From the IMG/VR virus record IMGVR_UViG_3300045988_183673: DNA of 64,000 nucleotides; one strand, written 5' to 3'. The notes beneath the pieces are model-generated. The model was not told the origin of the DNA. It saw only the letters and a list, made by a program, of their open reading frames with translations, and did no database searches. The position numbers were made by a program, and so were the translations under genes. This document shows positions 7,638 to 17,191 of the stretch, piece by piece. This DNA is from a virus. Position 1 is the first letter of the stretch. Every line of letters begins with the position of its first letter.

Positions 7638-8513
7638 TTACGCAGCCCAGTTCTCACCGGTTGCATAGTTAATTTCTACTCCCGGCTGCATATTGTAGCA
7701 GTATACGCAATACTCAATGCTTTCGCCGGAATCTTCTACGGAATACCCTTCCATGAGTACGCCGCTTGCTACAAGGTTATCTCCGTCATAGATAGGGGTA
7801 ACACGATATAATACATGTCCATCGGACTCGTGAACATAGTCTGCGACCATATTCTCAAACGGAAGCATTCCCTCAATATTCAGGTACCTTGTTCCCGTAA
7901 TGAGATTGCATTTGTTGGCATTTTCGGCGCTCAACTGAAATCCGATGAGGTGACATCTGTTGAAGACCCAGCCGCCATCCACGAAATCGTACTTCTGATT
8001 TTTCCACCCGCTTGGTTTTACTTCACTGATACTTTCTCTCCTCTCGGTCGGCATGGTTTCCTGACAGACAACGGCATAGGTAAGCCCGCAGCGACCAAGA
8101 GAATCGAAGTCTGAGTAATACTCGAAAGGCTCTGTAGAATAATCTTCATCGGTGAAATAAGGTACATTATCATTGACTGCAACATACGCATCGCCGGAAT
8201 ATGCCGGGATATCCGAAACAGAGATAAACTCGGAAGGGTTTGTCTTTATTGCATGAATACTATCCCCGACGCTTTCGCTGTTGTTGGTTTGCGAGGTACC
8301 CGTATTGCTGGTTTCAAAGTTATTTCTGTCGGGTTCCGTTTCGGCCATACTGGCGCTGGATGAAACGGTATTGAAAATTTCCTGTACAACATCGGAAATA
8401 TCAGCGTCCGGGCCCATCGAACTCTGTACGAGCCACAAAAACAGGATGATGGAAACAATCGGCATAAGCGCCCTGCCGAGTTTACCGGAAAACATTTTTC
8501 TTAAAAATCGCAT
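7638..8513 (-). CDS. Secreted DNA/RNA non-specific endonuclease (EndA/NucA-like) with an N-terminal signal/TM segment
   Basis: GWKNQKYDFVDGGWVFNRCHLIGFQLSAENANKCNLITGTRYLN resembles the DRGH-type active-site region of non-specific nucleases. N-terminal hydrophobic segment. Start set at MRFLRK (RBS GAAGGAG 7 nt upstream). Confidence 0.6.
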   Translation of the reverse strand: MRFLRKMFSGKLGRALMPIVSIILFLWLVQSSMGPDADISDVVQEIFNTVSSSASMAETEPDRNNFETSNTGTSQTNNSESVGDSIHAIKTNPSEFISVSDIPAYSGDAYVAVNDNVPYFTDEDYSTEPFEYYSDFDSLGRCGLTYAVVCQETMPTERRESISEVKPSGWKNQKYDFVDGGWVFNRCHLIGFQLSAENANKCNLITGTRYLNIEGMLPFENMVADYVHESDGHVLYRVTPIYDGDNLVASGVLMEGYSVEDSGESIEYCVYCYNMQPGVEINYATGENWAA

Positions 8514-8896
8514 TGGGATTCTCCTTCGTTTGGGGTGTTTGTTTCGGTTACTTTTATTGTACCTACTTTGCAGCAAGGGTCACGATACAGTTCGAAAATT
8601 GATGGAACTTTTATAATAGGAGATTCCCACGTCCCGGCATTTTCCTTTAATAGATGATACAGTAGGTTATGTGAAGCGGTCTTGTTCTGCCCTTTAACAA
8701 TCATTGAAATCAAAAGATTTCCATATTGCTCGTTGTTTGAATAGTCGCAATCCTTCTTCTCTTTAATGCCCACAGATGTATTACGGATAAATACATATAT
8801 GGGATTGTTTTTATAATAAATGACGCCCACGTCTTTTTGCTTATCTTTGGATGGGCGCACCTTAACGCTGAAATCCTCTTTATCCAGCGACAGCAA
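8501..8896 (-). CDS. Hypothetical protein (131 aa, TTG start). Overlaps the start of the nuclease gene by 13 nt.
   Basis: RBS GGGAGGTGAT 4 nt before the TTG. A canonical promoter at 8926-8954 lies immediately upstream. Confidence 0.5.
   Translation of the reverse strand: MLSLDKEDFSVKVRPSKDKQKDVGVIYYKNNPIYVFIRNTSVGIKEKKDCDYSNNEQYGNLLISMIVKGQNKTASHNLLYHLLKENAGTWESPIIKVPSIFELYRDPCCKVGTIKVTETNTPNEGESQCDF
8548..8585 (-). promoter_or_regulatory. TTGCTGCAAAGT-box (copy 3), embedded in the 3' end of the upstream ORF and driving the nuclease gene
   Basis: Minus strand TTGCTGCAAAGTAGGTACAATAAAAG. Confidence 0.45.
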
Positions 8897-8925
8897 TTAA
8901 ATCACCTCCCATACGACATATTTAT

Positions 8926-8954
8926 ATTATACCACAAATAGCAATAACGGTCAA
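8926..8954 (-). promoter_or_regulatory. Sigma-A-type promoter, TTGACC-17-TATAAT (extended -10)
   Basis: Minus strand TTGACCGTTATTGCTATTTGTGGTATAAT. Confidence 0.65.
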
Positions 8955-8959
8955 TCGAA

Positions 8960-8995
8960 AAGGCGACAAAAAAAGCGGCCCACAAACGTGAGCCG
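8960..8995 (-). terminator. Rho-independent terminator (GCGGC..GCCGC plus T7 on the minus strand)
   Basis: Hairpin gcggctcacgtttgtgggccgc followed by ttttttt, immediately after the stop of the 9007..10035 gene. Confidence 0.7.
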
Positions 8996-9006
8996 CAGAA
9001 ATTATT

Positions 9007-10035
9007 TTAACACGGAATCAAAAATTTAACTCTGAAAGAACCGTTCTTAACAGAACGCGAATACCTCTTTTCGTTCAATGCAGCGCACACTTTTTGTGCG
9101 GATGACTTATCTGCATATCGCTTTGCGCCTTCCTCATCCAGCGCAACGAAAAGGCTGGAGCGAGTATTTTTCGCAACAAACTTCTCTGTGCCATCAACAT
9201 CCTCGAAAGCAATAATCGCATCGAATGGTTTACTTTGAACTTTTGTGGATACGAGCCTCGTTTTTTTTAAAGATGGAAAAACCATCGAGAAATCGTGCTG
9301 AATCGCTGCTGCTTCCTCAAACGTGAATTCCTTCGCATCTTTTACATCAGATGTCATACAAACACGATTAGGAATATTCTTTCCTGCTTCGTTTTTATAC
9401 TCTATCTTTTCTACGTACCGCTTTCCTTCCTTAATCAGGACTTTTTCATGGCCGCGAGGCTTTCTGCTTGGCATCCGAATATCCTCAGACATAAAATTGA
9501 TTTCAAAGAAAACATCAGTCTTATTGTTTTTGTTCAACTCTTTCTCTTTGGATTTCGCACTTTCAGCCCATGCAAGAAACGACTTTGTGTCACGAACTAT
9601 GACTTCACATTCCGATGCAGATGTCAAACGCATATCTTCTGTATTTTTATAGTACAGAACACGACAGGAAAATCCGGTTCGATGATTCGCTTTTAGCAAA
9701 TCCTCAATGGTAACAGCAGAAGTCATACCGGAATCCAACCAGCGCCGAATATCCTTGCCGTATACCCACCGACTACCATTTTTCCACATCTCGCAATCGG
9801 CACGATTCGGCTGCATCATGTGTGCAAACTTGTCATAAAGTCCTTCCTTGTTAAGCGCCAATGCATTGAGCATCAAAGTCCAATCCCGACAACGACGCTC
9901 GCTGTAGTGATTGCCCGCCCAGTGTCGTTGCGTTACATTGTTGGGGCCTATAAGACACACGGGAGTATATAAATCAACTCCCATCTCGTCCGTTGCTTTT
10001 AAAAATACCTTCTTATACATGATTTCATATCCCAT
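9007..10035 (-). CDS. Hypothetical protein (342 aa)
   Basis: Long ORF with codon usage consistent with its neighbours. No motif recognised. Confidence 0.55.
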   Translation of the reverse strand: MGYEIMYKKVFLKATDEMGVDLYTPVCLIGPNNVTQRHWAGNHYSERRCRDWTLMLNALALNKEGLYDKFAHMMQPNRADCEMWKNGSRWVYGKDIRRWLDSGMTSAVTIEDLLKANHRTGFSCRVLYYKNTEDMRLTSASECEVIVRDTKSFLAWAESAKSKEKELNKNNKTDVFFEINFMSEDIRMPSRKPRGHEKVLIKEGKRYVEKIEYKNEAGKNIPNRVCMTSDVKDAKEFTFEEAAAIQHDFSMVFPSLKKTRLVSTKVQSKPFDAIIAFEDVDGTEKFVAKNTRSSLFVALDEEGAKRYADKSSAQKVCAALNEKRYSRSVKNGSFRVKFLIPC

Positions 10036-10052
10036 GAAAGTTTACCTCCTAA

Positions 10053-10595
10053 TCATGCAGCACCTTTCGTACCACACTGAGAACCGTTAGATTCTCCCTT
10101 GGTAATTTTTCCAGAAGTCCACGGCCCGGTGTATATGCCTACTTCTCCAAACTGCTCCAGCAAAATATCCTGAATTGCGTCCAGATAATGCCGGTAATGT
10201 TGTTTCTGCAGACCGGATAAATCTACATCGCCGTACTCGGACTCCTTCTGAATCAGTTCGACAGCCTCGGCCCATTCGTTATCCTCAACGATGATATAGA
10301 ACAACTTGTTTTCGAGAATAACCTTTCCGTTCCTGTGGTTAGGCAGCCAAGTCTGATTGGGCTCCTCGAAACTTGGGTAACGGCGCATCATCTCATTTAC
10401 AAGGTTTGTACGATACTCGTCCAGCAACAACTGGCTTGCATCATCATCGAATTCGAATTCCGGCATCTCCTCATAGGAAATATCCTTCAGCAGCCTTTGC
10501 TCGGAATCGTCCTTTTTGGTGTAACAGAGGACATTGTCATAGTCTACATAAACAACGCCTTCGTATTTCCCATCGGGACAAATATTACCTCTGCC
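10053..10595 (-). CDS. Hypothetical protein (about 180 aa)
   Basis: Start set at MGRGNICPDG (RBS GGAGG 9 nt upstream). The longer ORF-track version overlaps the upstream gene. Confidence 0.5.
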   Translation of the reverse strand, partial: GRGNICPDGKYEGVVYVDYDNVLCYTKKDDSEQRLLKDISYEEMPEFEFDDDASQLLLDEYRTNLVNEMMRRYPSFEEPNQTWLPNHRNGKVILENKLFYIIVEDNEWAEAVELIQKESEYGDVDLSGLQKQHYRHYLDAIQDILLEQFGEVGIYTGPWTSGKITKGESNGSQCGTKGAA

Positions 10596-10602
10596 CATAA
10601 AA

Positions 10603-11244
10603 TCAATCCTCCACAATAGTTTCAATTTGCAGAATTCGAGCATAGCAGGAACCGTGATTTCCGTAAATCCCGTAACCGCCATCCTCATATTCCTTGCTTT
10701 CATCTTCCGTAACGTCACAGACATCTTGTACACAGGGCATGGACTCCGCATGAAGAAAATCAACAGCCTTATCTACCGCGTCACAGGAATTTAATGCGCG
10801 AACAATGACATTCATAGGCCATGCAAGCCCACTATCTACAGTTACCTTGTAGATATTGTTGCCATCCCACGCATCGCCATTGGCAAGGTAAAGGTTTTCA
10901 CCGAAATACCATCCGTTGGCATACGGATAAATGGTCTCAAGGTCAAAATGCTTAGCAATTTCGCCAAGCCGTCCTTCCTGCATCACAAGACCATGACTGT
11001 CCTGCAAGTTGGTAAAGGACGAAATTCGTTTCAGCACAGCACTCTCGGAATGCATATCACAGATAGTCTCTTTGATAACCTCATCGATTTCATCCCATGT
11101 ACTGGCATCCACGATGAATATGGCGTTATCGCTGTACTCAAGTACCCAAATAGTGTGATTTTCTTTCTTTACATCCTTCGTAGGAAGGAAAACGACATTG
11201 TTGATTTTAAAAGTGTCATTACAAACAGAAATCGGCATACTCAT
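10603..11244 (-). CDS. Hypothetical protein (213 aa)
   Basis: RBS AAAAGGAGCG upstream of the ATG at 11244. Confidence 0.55.
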   Translation of the reverse strand: MSMPISVCNDTFKINNVVFLPTKDVKKENHTIWVLEYSDNAIFIVDASTWDEIDEVIKETICDMHSESAVLKRISSFTNLQDSHGLVMQEGRLGEIAKHFDLETIYPYANGWYFGENLYLANGDAWDGNNIYKVTVDSGLAWPMNVIVRALNSCDAVDKAVDFLHAESMPCVQDVCDVTEDESKEYEDGGYGIYGNHGSCYARILQIETIVED

Positions 11245-11276
11245 AAAATTACGCTCCTTTTTACTTGTTTGACAAC

Positions 11277-11312
11277 AAAAATACCGCCACCTCTTACGAG
11301 ATAGCGGTATAT
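11277..11312 (-). terminator. Conserved accgccatctc-type leader hairpin plus U-run (copy), 30 nt upstream of the 10603..11244 start
   Basis: Minus strand ATACCGCTATCTCGTAAGAGGTGGCGGTAT-TTTTGTTG. Confidence 0.5.
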
Positions 11313-11340
11313 CGATTTTGAATTTTTGCTGCCTTTTATT

Positions 11341-11380
11341 TATCGGATATACTTAGTATATTGACTTTGCAGCAAAAGGC
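11341..11380 (-). promoter_or_regulatory. TTGCTGCAAAGT-box (copy 4) with a 17-bp palindrome ATATACTAAGTATAT
   Basis: Minus strand TTGCTGCAAAGTCAATATACTAAGTATATCCGATAAA. Confidence 0.45.
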
Positions 11381-11400
11381 AAGAAGACTGCGCTGCAGGC

Positions 11401-12474
11401 TTATCTTGCGAACAGCTTTTTCACCATACTGGCAGCATTATCGCCTTCTGCCGAACCCTCTAACTTACTGGCAACGAAATCAACGACAGCCATTGCCATC
11501 CAATTTTCGGTTCCGTACATTTCAAATGCTTCTTTGCGTGCATCACAATAGGTGAACGCAACAGCGTTATTCAGAATCGCCATGCCCAGAACTTCATTGA
11601 CATCGTCTGTCGTGTAATTACGCAAAAATGTCTCTAAATCCGACGTTTCTTCGTCTGCCGTCTCCTTGATATTGTTTTCGAGCCAACGTTTCGAAATGGC
11701 TACGGTTTCCTCTACACTTTCATAGTCTTCATCGACGCAGCGGGTCAGAAATACGGCCTCATCCGGACCAAGATTTTCATCCTCACTACACGAACTTGTC
11801 ACGGACTTTTTGAAAAGCTCAGGAACTTTCTCCGTTCCCATTTCGCCGATGATGTACTGTTTGGCGTCGTCAAAACTCGAAAAAGACTTGTAAGAGCTCA
11901 CATACTCCAAAGACCTAAACTTGTTCTCAGCTATATCGATGATAGCTTCTGACAAGGAGGTTTTTTGGGGATGTTTTTCATCCTCAAGGGAAAGAAGCAG
12001 CAGTTTACGCAGTTCTCGGATATCGAGCGCATCAAGGTTTACGAATTCATGAACCGCCATAAAATCATGGTCAGTGATTTTGGTGATGGCATAAAATTCG
12101 AACTCTTCTGTGCCGAATTGACGACGGCACTCAAAATTGTCCGCATCAATCAAATACCACCGGGTAGCCTCACGTTCTACCTTACACAGTGCTTCCGAGA
12201 GCTCCAACAGCATACGCTTGATGGCATCTGCATCATCAAGAAGCTCTCGCAAACCCGGCGCACCAGACATGCCGAGGTTTTCTTTTGCGTGCTCTTCCGG
12301 GTCAAAGTCATTCGCGTAATCAAATACCTCATCACAGAAATTCAGTTTTGGAACGGTGAAATAGAAATCTTCACCAGCAGGACTGCCCTGACTTAATTCA
12401 ACGGTATCGTTGTCATCATAAGACACAGACCAACCAAGTTCCTCCCATTTTTCCTCAAACTGATACAAAAACAT
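11401..12474 (-). CDS. Hypothetical acidic protein (357 aa)
   Basis: RBS GGAAAGGGGA 6 nt before the ATG. Confidence 0.55.
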   Translation of the reverse strand: MFLYQFEEKWEELGWSVSYDDNDTVELSQGSPAGEDFYFTVPKLNFCDEVFDYANDFDPEEHAKENLGMSGAPGLRELLDDADAIKRMLLELSEALCKVEREATRWYLIDADNFECRRQFGTEEFEFYAITKITDHDFMAVHEFVNLDALDIRELRKLLLLSLEDEKHPQKTSLSEAIIDIAENKFRSLEYVSSYKSFSSFDDAKQYIIGEMGTEKVPELFKKSVTSSCSEDENLGPDEAVFLTRCVDEDYESVEETVAISKRWLENNIKETADEETSDLETFLRNYTTDDVNEVLGMAILNNAVAFTYCDARKEAFEMYGTENWMAMAVVDFVASKLEGSAEGDNAASMVKKLFAR

Positions 12475-12492
12475 ATTTTATCCCCTTTCCAA

Positions 12493-12527
12493 CAAAAAAC
12501 CGCCATCTCTCACGAGATAGCGGTATA
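12493..12527 (-). terminator. Conserved accgccatctc-type leader hairpin plus U6 (copy), 20 nt upstream of the 11401..12474 start
   Basis: Minus strand ATACCGCTATCTCGTGAGAGATGGCGG-TTTTTTG. Confidence 0.5.
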
Positions 12528-12555
12528 TCGATTTTGAATTTTTACTGTTTTTTAT

Positions 12556-12595
12556 CTATCGGATATACTTAGTATATCGATTTTGCAGCAAAAGG
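12556..12595 (-). promoter_or_regulatory. TTGCTGCAAA-box (copy 5) with the palindrome GATATACTAAGTATATC
   Basis: Minus strand TTGCTGCAAAATCGATATACTAAGTATATCCGATAGATAAAA. Confidence 0.45.
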
Positions 12596-12619
12596 CAAGG
12601 TGATTACAAAAAGAGCTTT

Positions 12620-12976
12620 TCACATCCCGATTTTCTCAAGATACGGGATAGCGGCACGCATCCTTTCGCACTCCCAACTCCTGCGTGGGTTGCGTTCGTG
12701 CTTCTTGATGAACTCCTTCATCTCGGCGGAGGTTTCGGCACCCAGTCCGATGGCGGCTAAGATTTCCCTTGCACCGTCACACTTCATGGCTTTCAGGGTA
12801 TCCGACTCAATTTCGCGTCCGCCCTCAAACGGCTGCATAAATTTGAGTCTGCAGAACGGGAGGTAGCCTTCCGGTGCATTATCGCCGATATTCCAAATGA
12901 TATAGCCGAGAGGCGGTTCCGTTACGACTTCGTAGGTATCGCATACGCCAAGCGCAGTAGTATGATGGATTTTCAT
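12620..12976 (-). CDS. Hypothetical protein (118 aa)
   Basis: RBS AAAGGGAG 7 nt before the ATG. Confidence 0.55.
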   Translation of the reverse strand: MKIHHTTALGVCDTYEVVTEPPLGYIIWNIGDNAPEGYLPFCRLKFMQPFEGGREIESDTLKAMKCDGAREILAAIGLGAETSAEMKEFIKKHERNPRRSWECERMRAAIPYLEKIGM

Positions 12977-12993
12977 TGTGTTGCTCCCTTTCT

Positions 12994-13473
12994 TTACAAG
13001 TTAAGTGTGACAGGACGTTCACTCAATTCATATTTCTTTGTCTCAACGCCGGAAATCCTGAACATGTGACGCGCTGCAATATTATTATTGGAATTTTTGT
13101 ACTTATCGTCCAGATAGACAATACGCTTGATTCCGCTTTGAATGATTGCTTTCGCACACTCATTGCACGGGAAGAGCGTGACATACATCGTAGACCCGTG
13201 CAGGTCTTTCCCGGCATTGAGGATAGCGTTCAGCTCCGAGTGACAGACATACATATACTTGGTTTCGAGTTCATTTCCTTCCCTGCCACAAGGCATGATA
13301 TCGTCGTCGCAGCCAATCGGCATACCGTTGTATCCCAGTGACAGGATTTTATTGTCACGCACAATGCATGCGCCTACCTGACTGTTAGGGTCTTTGCTGC
13401 GCATTGCAGATAACATCGCAATACCCATAAAGTATTCATCCCATGAGATATAATCTTTCCGTTTTTCACTCAT
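12994..13473 (-). CDS. dCMP deaminase (cytidine/deoxycytidylate deaminase family, ComEB-like)
   Basis: Zinc-ligand motifs CHSELNAIL (H-x-E) and PCNECAKAI (PCxxC). N-terminus MSEKRKDYISWDEYFMGIA as in dCMP deaminases. Start set at that M (RBS GAGGAG 7 nt upstream). Confidence 0.8.
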   Translation of the reverse strand: MSEKRKDYISWDEYFMGIAMLSAMRSKDPNSQVGACIVRDNKILSLGYNGMPIGCDDDIMPCGREGNELETKYMYVCHSELNAILNAGKDLHGSTMYVTLFPCNECAKAIIQSGIKRIVYLDDKYKNSNNNIAARHMFRISGVETKKYELSERPVTLNL

Positions 13474-13477
13474 GTAT

Positions 13478-13774
13478 TTACTCCTCTTCTTCTTTGATGA
13501 CCTTATACCGGCTTTCAATCTGATAATCATCGCCGTCCCAGCAACGAACCACAAAATCGAAGTCATCCGGGTCTTCATCGACCGCAAAGAACACGCTCTC
13601 TGCACTGCCGTTATTTTCCCGGTTGCTTAAATTCAGTTCCTGCGCGGCCGCAAAAGCATTCAGCTCTGCTGCCATATATGCCATATCCTCTGTCGGATAG
13701 GATGCAGGCAGATATTCATCCTCGGACTTATGCGCGGCGTTGTAATAGTATCCGCGTTTCAAAATCTTATACAT
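13478..13774 (-). CDS. Hypothetical acidic protein (98 aa)
   Basis: ORF abuts the deaminase start. Confidence 0.5.
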   Translation of the reverse strand: MYKILKRGYYYNAAHKSEDEYLPASYPTEDMAYMAAELNAFAAAQELNLSNRENNGSAESVFFAVDEDPDDFDFVVRCWDGDDYQIESRYKVIKEEEE

Positions 13775-13847
13775 TCTTCATACTCCTTTGTGTTTTAGAG
13801 TGTTTGATAAACGCTGCTCACCTGCATGAGCAAGCGGGTTTTAGGCA

Positions 13848-14288
13848 CTAAACCTCCGAAATGTGAATTGCGCCTTTCGCGGCCTCGACACATTCATCGA
13901 AGTGATTTTCAATGTATTGAGCAATCGCGTCAAGTCGGACATTTAGCGATGTTTGATTGAACGATGTTCCGGTTTTGCTTTTGAACGAATGCTCTGCTTT
14001 GCGATATACTTCGTTTAGATATTCGTCAATCGCTTCCAGTTTTTTCACGTCGTTCTGAGCATTGTGCAGGAGATATGTTTTGTTGTCCGTTTTAAGAAAC
14101 AATTTGCTCTTTCCTACAATGTCTCCGTACACACTGCAAGCAACATACCCGATTTTTGCATCAACGGGTAAATTGTTCCAAGTTCTGGTTGTTGTATGTG
14201 GTTGGAAATCACCTTTTCCGCCGTTGTACTCCCATTCGATAAACTCGCGAATTGTGAGCAAGTCGCCATCGTCATTTATGATAAGCAT
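13848..14288 (-). CDS. Hypothetical protein (146 aa)
   Basis: RBS GTGAGGT 6 nt before the ATG. Confidence 0.5.
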   Translation of the reverse strand: MLIINDDGDLLTIREFIEWEYNGGKGDFQPHTTTRTWNNLPVDAKIGYVACSVYGDIVGKSKLFLKTDNKTYLLHNAQNDVKKLEAIDEYLNEVYRKAEHSFKSKTGTSFNQTSLNVRLDAIAQYIENHFDECVEAAKGAIHISEV

Positions 14289-14297
14289 AGTAATACC

Positions 14298-14483
14298 TCA
14301 CACTTTGTAAATCCATGAACCAACTCGCACGACATCGCATTTGTAACCCCAGAAGAGTTTTCGCATTCCTCTTACGCTGCCACTAATGTGAATACACGGG
14401 TTGTTTTGGATGTACTTGGAGGATTTACCCGTTCGCTGTTCATATTCTTTGCGTGAACGGTAATAATGCCCTGTCGTTTTCAT
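14298..14483 (-). CDS. Hypothetical small basic protein (about 61 aa)
   Basis: Internal start MKTTGHYY chosen (RBS GAGAGGTG upstream). The longer ORF overlaps the upstream gene. Confidence 0.35.
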   Translation of the reverse strand: MKTTGHYYRSRKEYEQRTGKSSKYIQNNPCIHISGSVRGMRKLFWGYKCDVVRVGSWIYKV

Positions 14484-14493
14484 GCTGCACCTC

Positions 14494-15255
14494 TCAGTCT
14501 GCCGTATAACCGTTTTTGGCGTATTGTTTAAACGCATCATCCAACTGCATATTGAAACGCTCGCCGATGTCAGCGTCCTTGAATTTACGAATTTTGGCGA
14601 GAGCCTTGGCGTAATTGATGTCATACCCCTCTCCATAGTGCCACAAAGCGGGATGATTTCCACCCCAATTCATAGAACCGTTATTGAACGCCAAACATTC
14701 GTGTAAAGGAAAATCACGCGTATTATGCACGATATTAAAGCAGCTTAAAAAACTGCCGCCATTGGAAAAACCGGTTGATTCACGCATCGTAAAAAGACCG
14801 TTTGCTGGCACATAACAATTAACTGAGTTATAGCCTCGTTCTCCGTCTTGATTCCAAGTTTCGATGGTAATAAGTACGCCGGAATCCAGATTCGCCCATA
14901 CATCAAAGATATTGTCTTTATCAATGTCTTCTTTGTATTCATGTGCAAAACCGAGCTCCTGTAAAATACGAGTCAGTTCCTCATACGGAACAGCCTCTAC
15001 TTCACCAGTTTTTTCGTTGTATTCCTCGTAGAAGTCATAAGGAACATTCTTCATCGTGGCGAGAATGCAGTTTTCTCTGTTTTCAAAGGAAACCACTTTG
15101 CCATATCCTACATGAAGGCTCTTCCAATTTTTGATGATAATAACCTTCCCGTACTCGTTATAAGAAATGAGCTTACCATTCTTTTTGGACCTCCGGATAC
15201 GGTAGACATTATCTGCGCTGATTCCGCTCAGGTCAATAGTATCGTTCATATTCAT
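14494..15255 (-). CDS. Hypothetical protein (253 aa)
   Basis: RBS TGAGGTAAG 4 nt before the ATG. Confidence 0.55.
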   Translation of the reverse strand: MNMNDTIDLSGISADNVYRIRRSKKNGKLISYNEYGKVIIIKNWKSLHVGYGKVVSFENRENCILATMKNVPYDFYEEYNEKTGEVEAVPYEELTRILQELGFAHEYKEDIDKDNIFDVWANLDSGVLITIETWNQDGERGYNSVNCYVPANGLFTMRESTGFSNGGSFLSCFNIVHNTRDFPLHECLAFNNGSMNWGGNHPALWHYGEGYDINYAKALAKIRKFKDADIGERFNMQLDDAFKQYAKNGYTAD

Positions 15256-15280
15256 AAATCTTACCTCATTTCACTTTTTG

Positions 15281-15589
15281 TCAAGTTGTAGATACAACCG
15301 TTTGAATTTTCTCGGCAATCATAGTCGCCATATGCTTTGCTTCTTTTTCCGCACATGCGTCCCAGACCTCAAAATACTGGTAACCATAATAGCGACCATG
15401 AATTTCGGAATCACTCCCGCTTTGGTGGAACCAGATAGCTGAACCTTTTTTATCTTGCATTGCCTGCCGCACAGCGACCACAAAGTTCGTTGCATCAGCA
15501 TCCCAGAAGGGCCGCTCATAATTGAAGTCAATGCCCCAACCGTGGCAAGAATCTGGCTTGTGAATTCTAATAGGAGAAATAGCTGTCAT
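15281..15589 (-). CDS. Hypothetical protein (about 102 aa)
   Basis: Start set at MTAISPIRIH (RBS AAGGAA upstream). Confidence 0.45.
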   Translation of the reverse strand: MTAISPIRIHKPDSCHGWGIDFNYERPFWDADATNFVVAVRQAMQDKKGSAIWFHQSGSDSEIHGRYYGYQYFEVWDACAEKEAKHMATMIAEKIQTVVSTT

Positions 15590-15608
15590 TTTCAATTCAT
15601 TCCTTTCG

Positions 15609-15643
15609 CAAAAAATAGCGGCCATCTCTGACGAGATGGTCGC
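15609..15643 (-). terminator. Conserved leader hairpin (gcgaccatctc...gagatggccgc variant) plus U-run
   Basis: Minus strand GCGACCATCTCGTCAGAGATGGCCGC-TATTTTTTG. Confidence 0.45.
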
Positions 15644-15699
15644 AATGTAACTTGATTTTAAATTAAGATAATAGAAGCTAACAAATAGCGCTTTTTATT

Positions 15700-15740
15700 T
15701 ATCTTAGTGCTTTTATTGTAGCTACTTTGCAGCAGTTTGC
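15700..15740 (-). promoter_or_regulatory. CTGCTGCAAAGT-box (copy 6)
   Basis: Minus strand CTGCTGCAAAGTAGCTACAATAAAAG. Confidence 0.45.
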
Positions 15741-15758
15741 AAGAACGGTGTCGTCTTC

Positions 15759-17165
15759 TTAAGCATGTTCAGGCAACCACTGCTGCGGGTAGGCTCGAAG
15801 TTTGTTGCGTGGCACACAATCGTTCAGAGCGGAGTTTTCAGCGAGCGCCATATCGATGATGTAATAGTCATCACCATTACGCATCACATCAATACTCCAC
15901 TGCCCTACCAGTTCGACAGCAGGAAGAATCTTCTTAATTTCCTCCAGAATCATCCGAGCACTGTCATCGTATCGAGATTGCAGGATATCCTCGTGCATCT
16001 GATAGATGACATAGTCGTGGCGTTCCTGCGGAGTGCTTGCGTTCTTGAACTTACCCTTCATTACATCGGCTCGCCAATAAGGGCTGATACCCAGCACCTC
16101 ATCAGCGTCGAAATCGACGAATACGCGGTACTCAGTATGCAGCGGCAAACCGTTGTAGATGGTCGGGTTGTGTTCCTTGTCCTTGATATATTCCCTGAGC
16201 ACCCACTCGTTTGTGGTATTCGCACCATAGAAGCAGGTATTGTTCAAAGGCGAAGCCATAGAACAGGTCAGATGATTCAGGAACAGGAAATACTCGCCCA
16301 TCTCATTGATTTCCTTCGGGTCATGGATATGAGCGTTGCGAAACTCATACTTGGAAGAATAAGTTCCGGTCTTGATGAAGTAATCCTCGTGCTCATCCAG
16401 CTTGAATATCCGCTTGCAATAACGGTTTACGATTTCCTTGGTTACGGGATTCAGGGTTTCAAAACCAAGGCGAGTGAGCTGCAGCATCGGCAGCGGAACA
16501 CGCAAAATCTTGGTATCAGGAATCCTGAAGAATTTGTTCCCGTACAACGCTTTTGCCAGCGGCGGAAGCCAAAATCCCATCGTGTTGGGATTCATTTCGA
16601 GCATCTGGTAGGTGAAGTCGTCGAGGTCAAGAATATCAAGACCCTGACGGAACTGGTTGTAGTAGAACTTTTTCATGCGGTCATCGCGTACATCCTTGTA
16701 CTCGGCGTAATTCTGAAGCAGAATCTTATACGACGGCTCCGAAATATCGACCTTCACGAGATTTCCTGTCAGCTGAGGTCTGAGCTCTTCCGGGTATTTT
16801 TTCAGGTCATTGTTCGTTACCGGCACAGCGTATCGAGATGCTGCATAGTTTACATAATATCCGCCGCGTTTATCATTGTAGATGTACAGGCGAGTACCAT
16901 CTGTTAACTCACCTACGATACGGTCAATGAGTGTTTCAAGGTCCCGCGTAAACGGCACCCTCTTGTCAAACATAGCTTTGACAGTAGCGGTATCCCACTG
17001 TAAAAAGTTCTCGGATAATGCCCCGCTGTCCAGCACCTGTTTCTTGTAGGTGTCCTCGAATGTTTTGAGGGCATCAGGGCTGGTTTTCAGCATTGCGGCA
17101 AGTTCTTCGTAGGAAAACGATTTATCTTCCCTTTTGGTCATCATTTTACCAATTTTGGCAATCAT
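15759..17165 (-). CDS. Hypothetical protein with a possible ATP-grasp-like C-terminal region (about 468 aa)
   Basis: The C-terminal WSIDVMRNGDDYYIIDMALAENSAL resembles the ATP-grasp E-x-N strand. Start set at MIAKIGK (RBS AAGGAGG upstream). Confidence 0.4.
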   Translation of the reverse strand: MIAKIGKMMTKREDKSFSYEELAAMLKTSPDALKTFEDTYKKQVLDSGALSENFLQWDTATVKAMFDKRVPFTRDLETLIDRIVGELTDGTRLYIYNDKRGGYYVNYAASRYAVPVTNNDLKKYPEELRPQLTGNLVKVDISEPSYKILLQNYAEYKDVRDDRMKKFYYNQFRQGLDILDLDDFTYQMLEMNPNTMGFWLPPLAKALYGNKFFRIPDTKILRVPLPMLQLTRLGFETLNPVTKEIVNRYCKRIFKLDEHEDYFIKTGTYSSKYEFRNAHIHDPKEINEMGEYFLFLNHLTCSMASPLNNTCFYGANTTNEWVLREYIKDKEHNPTIYNGLPLHTEYRVFVDFDADEVLGISPYWRADVMKGKFKNASTPQERHDYVIYQMHEDILQSRYDDSARMILEEIKKILPAVELVGQWSIDVMRNGDDYYIIDMALAENSALNDCVPRNKLRAYPQQWLPEHA

Positions 17166-17191
17166 ATTTTCGATTTCCTCCTTTTTGGGAA

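Noticed and set aside
11277-11312. The accgccatctc hairpins acting as (+)-strand terminators or as terminators of the upstream gene
   Set aside because: The uninterrupted U-run follows the stem only on the minus strand. The hairpins sit downstream of the box and immediately upstream of the next RBS, not after the preceding stop codon.
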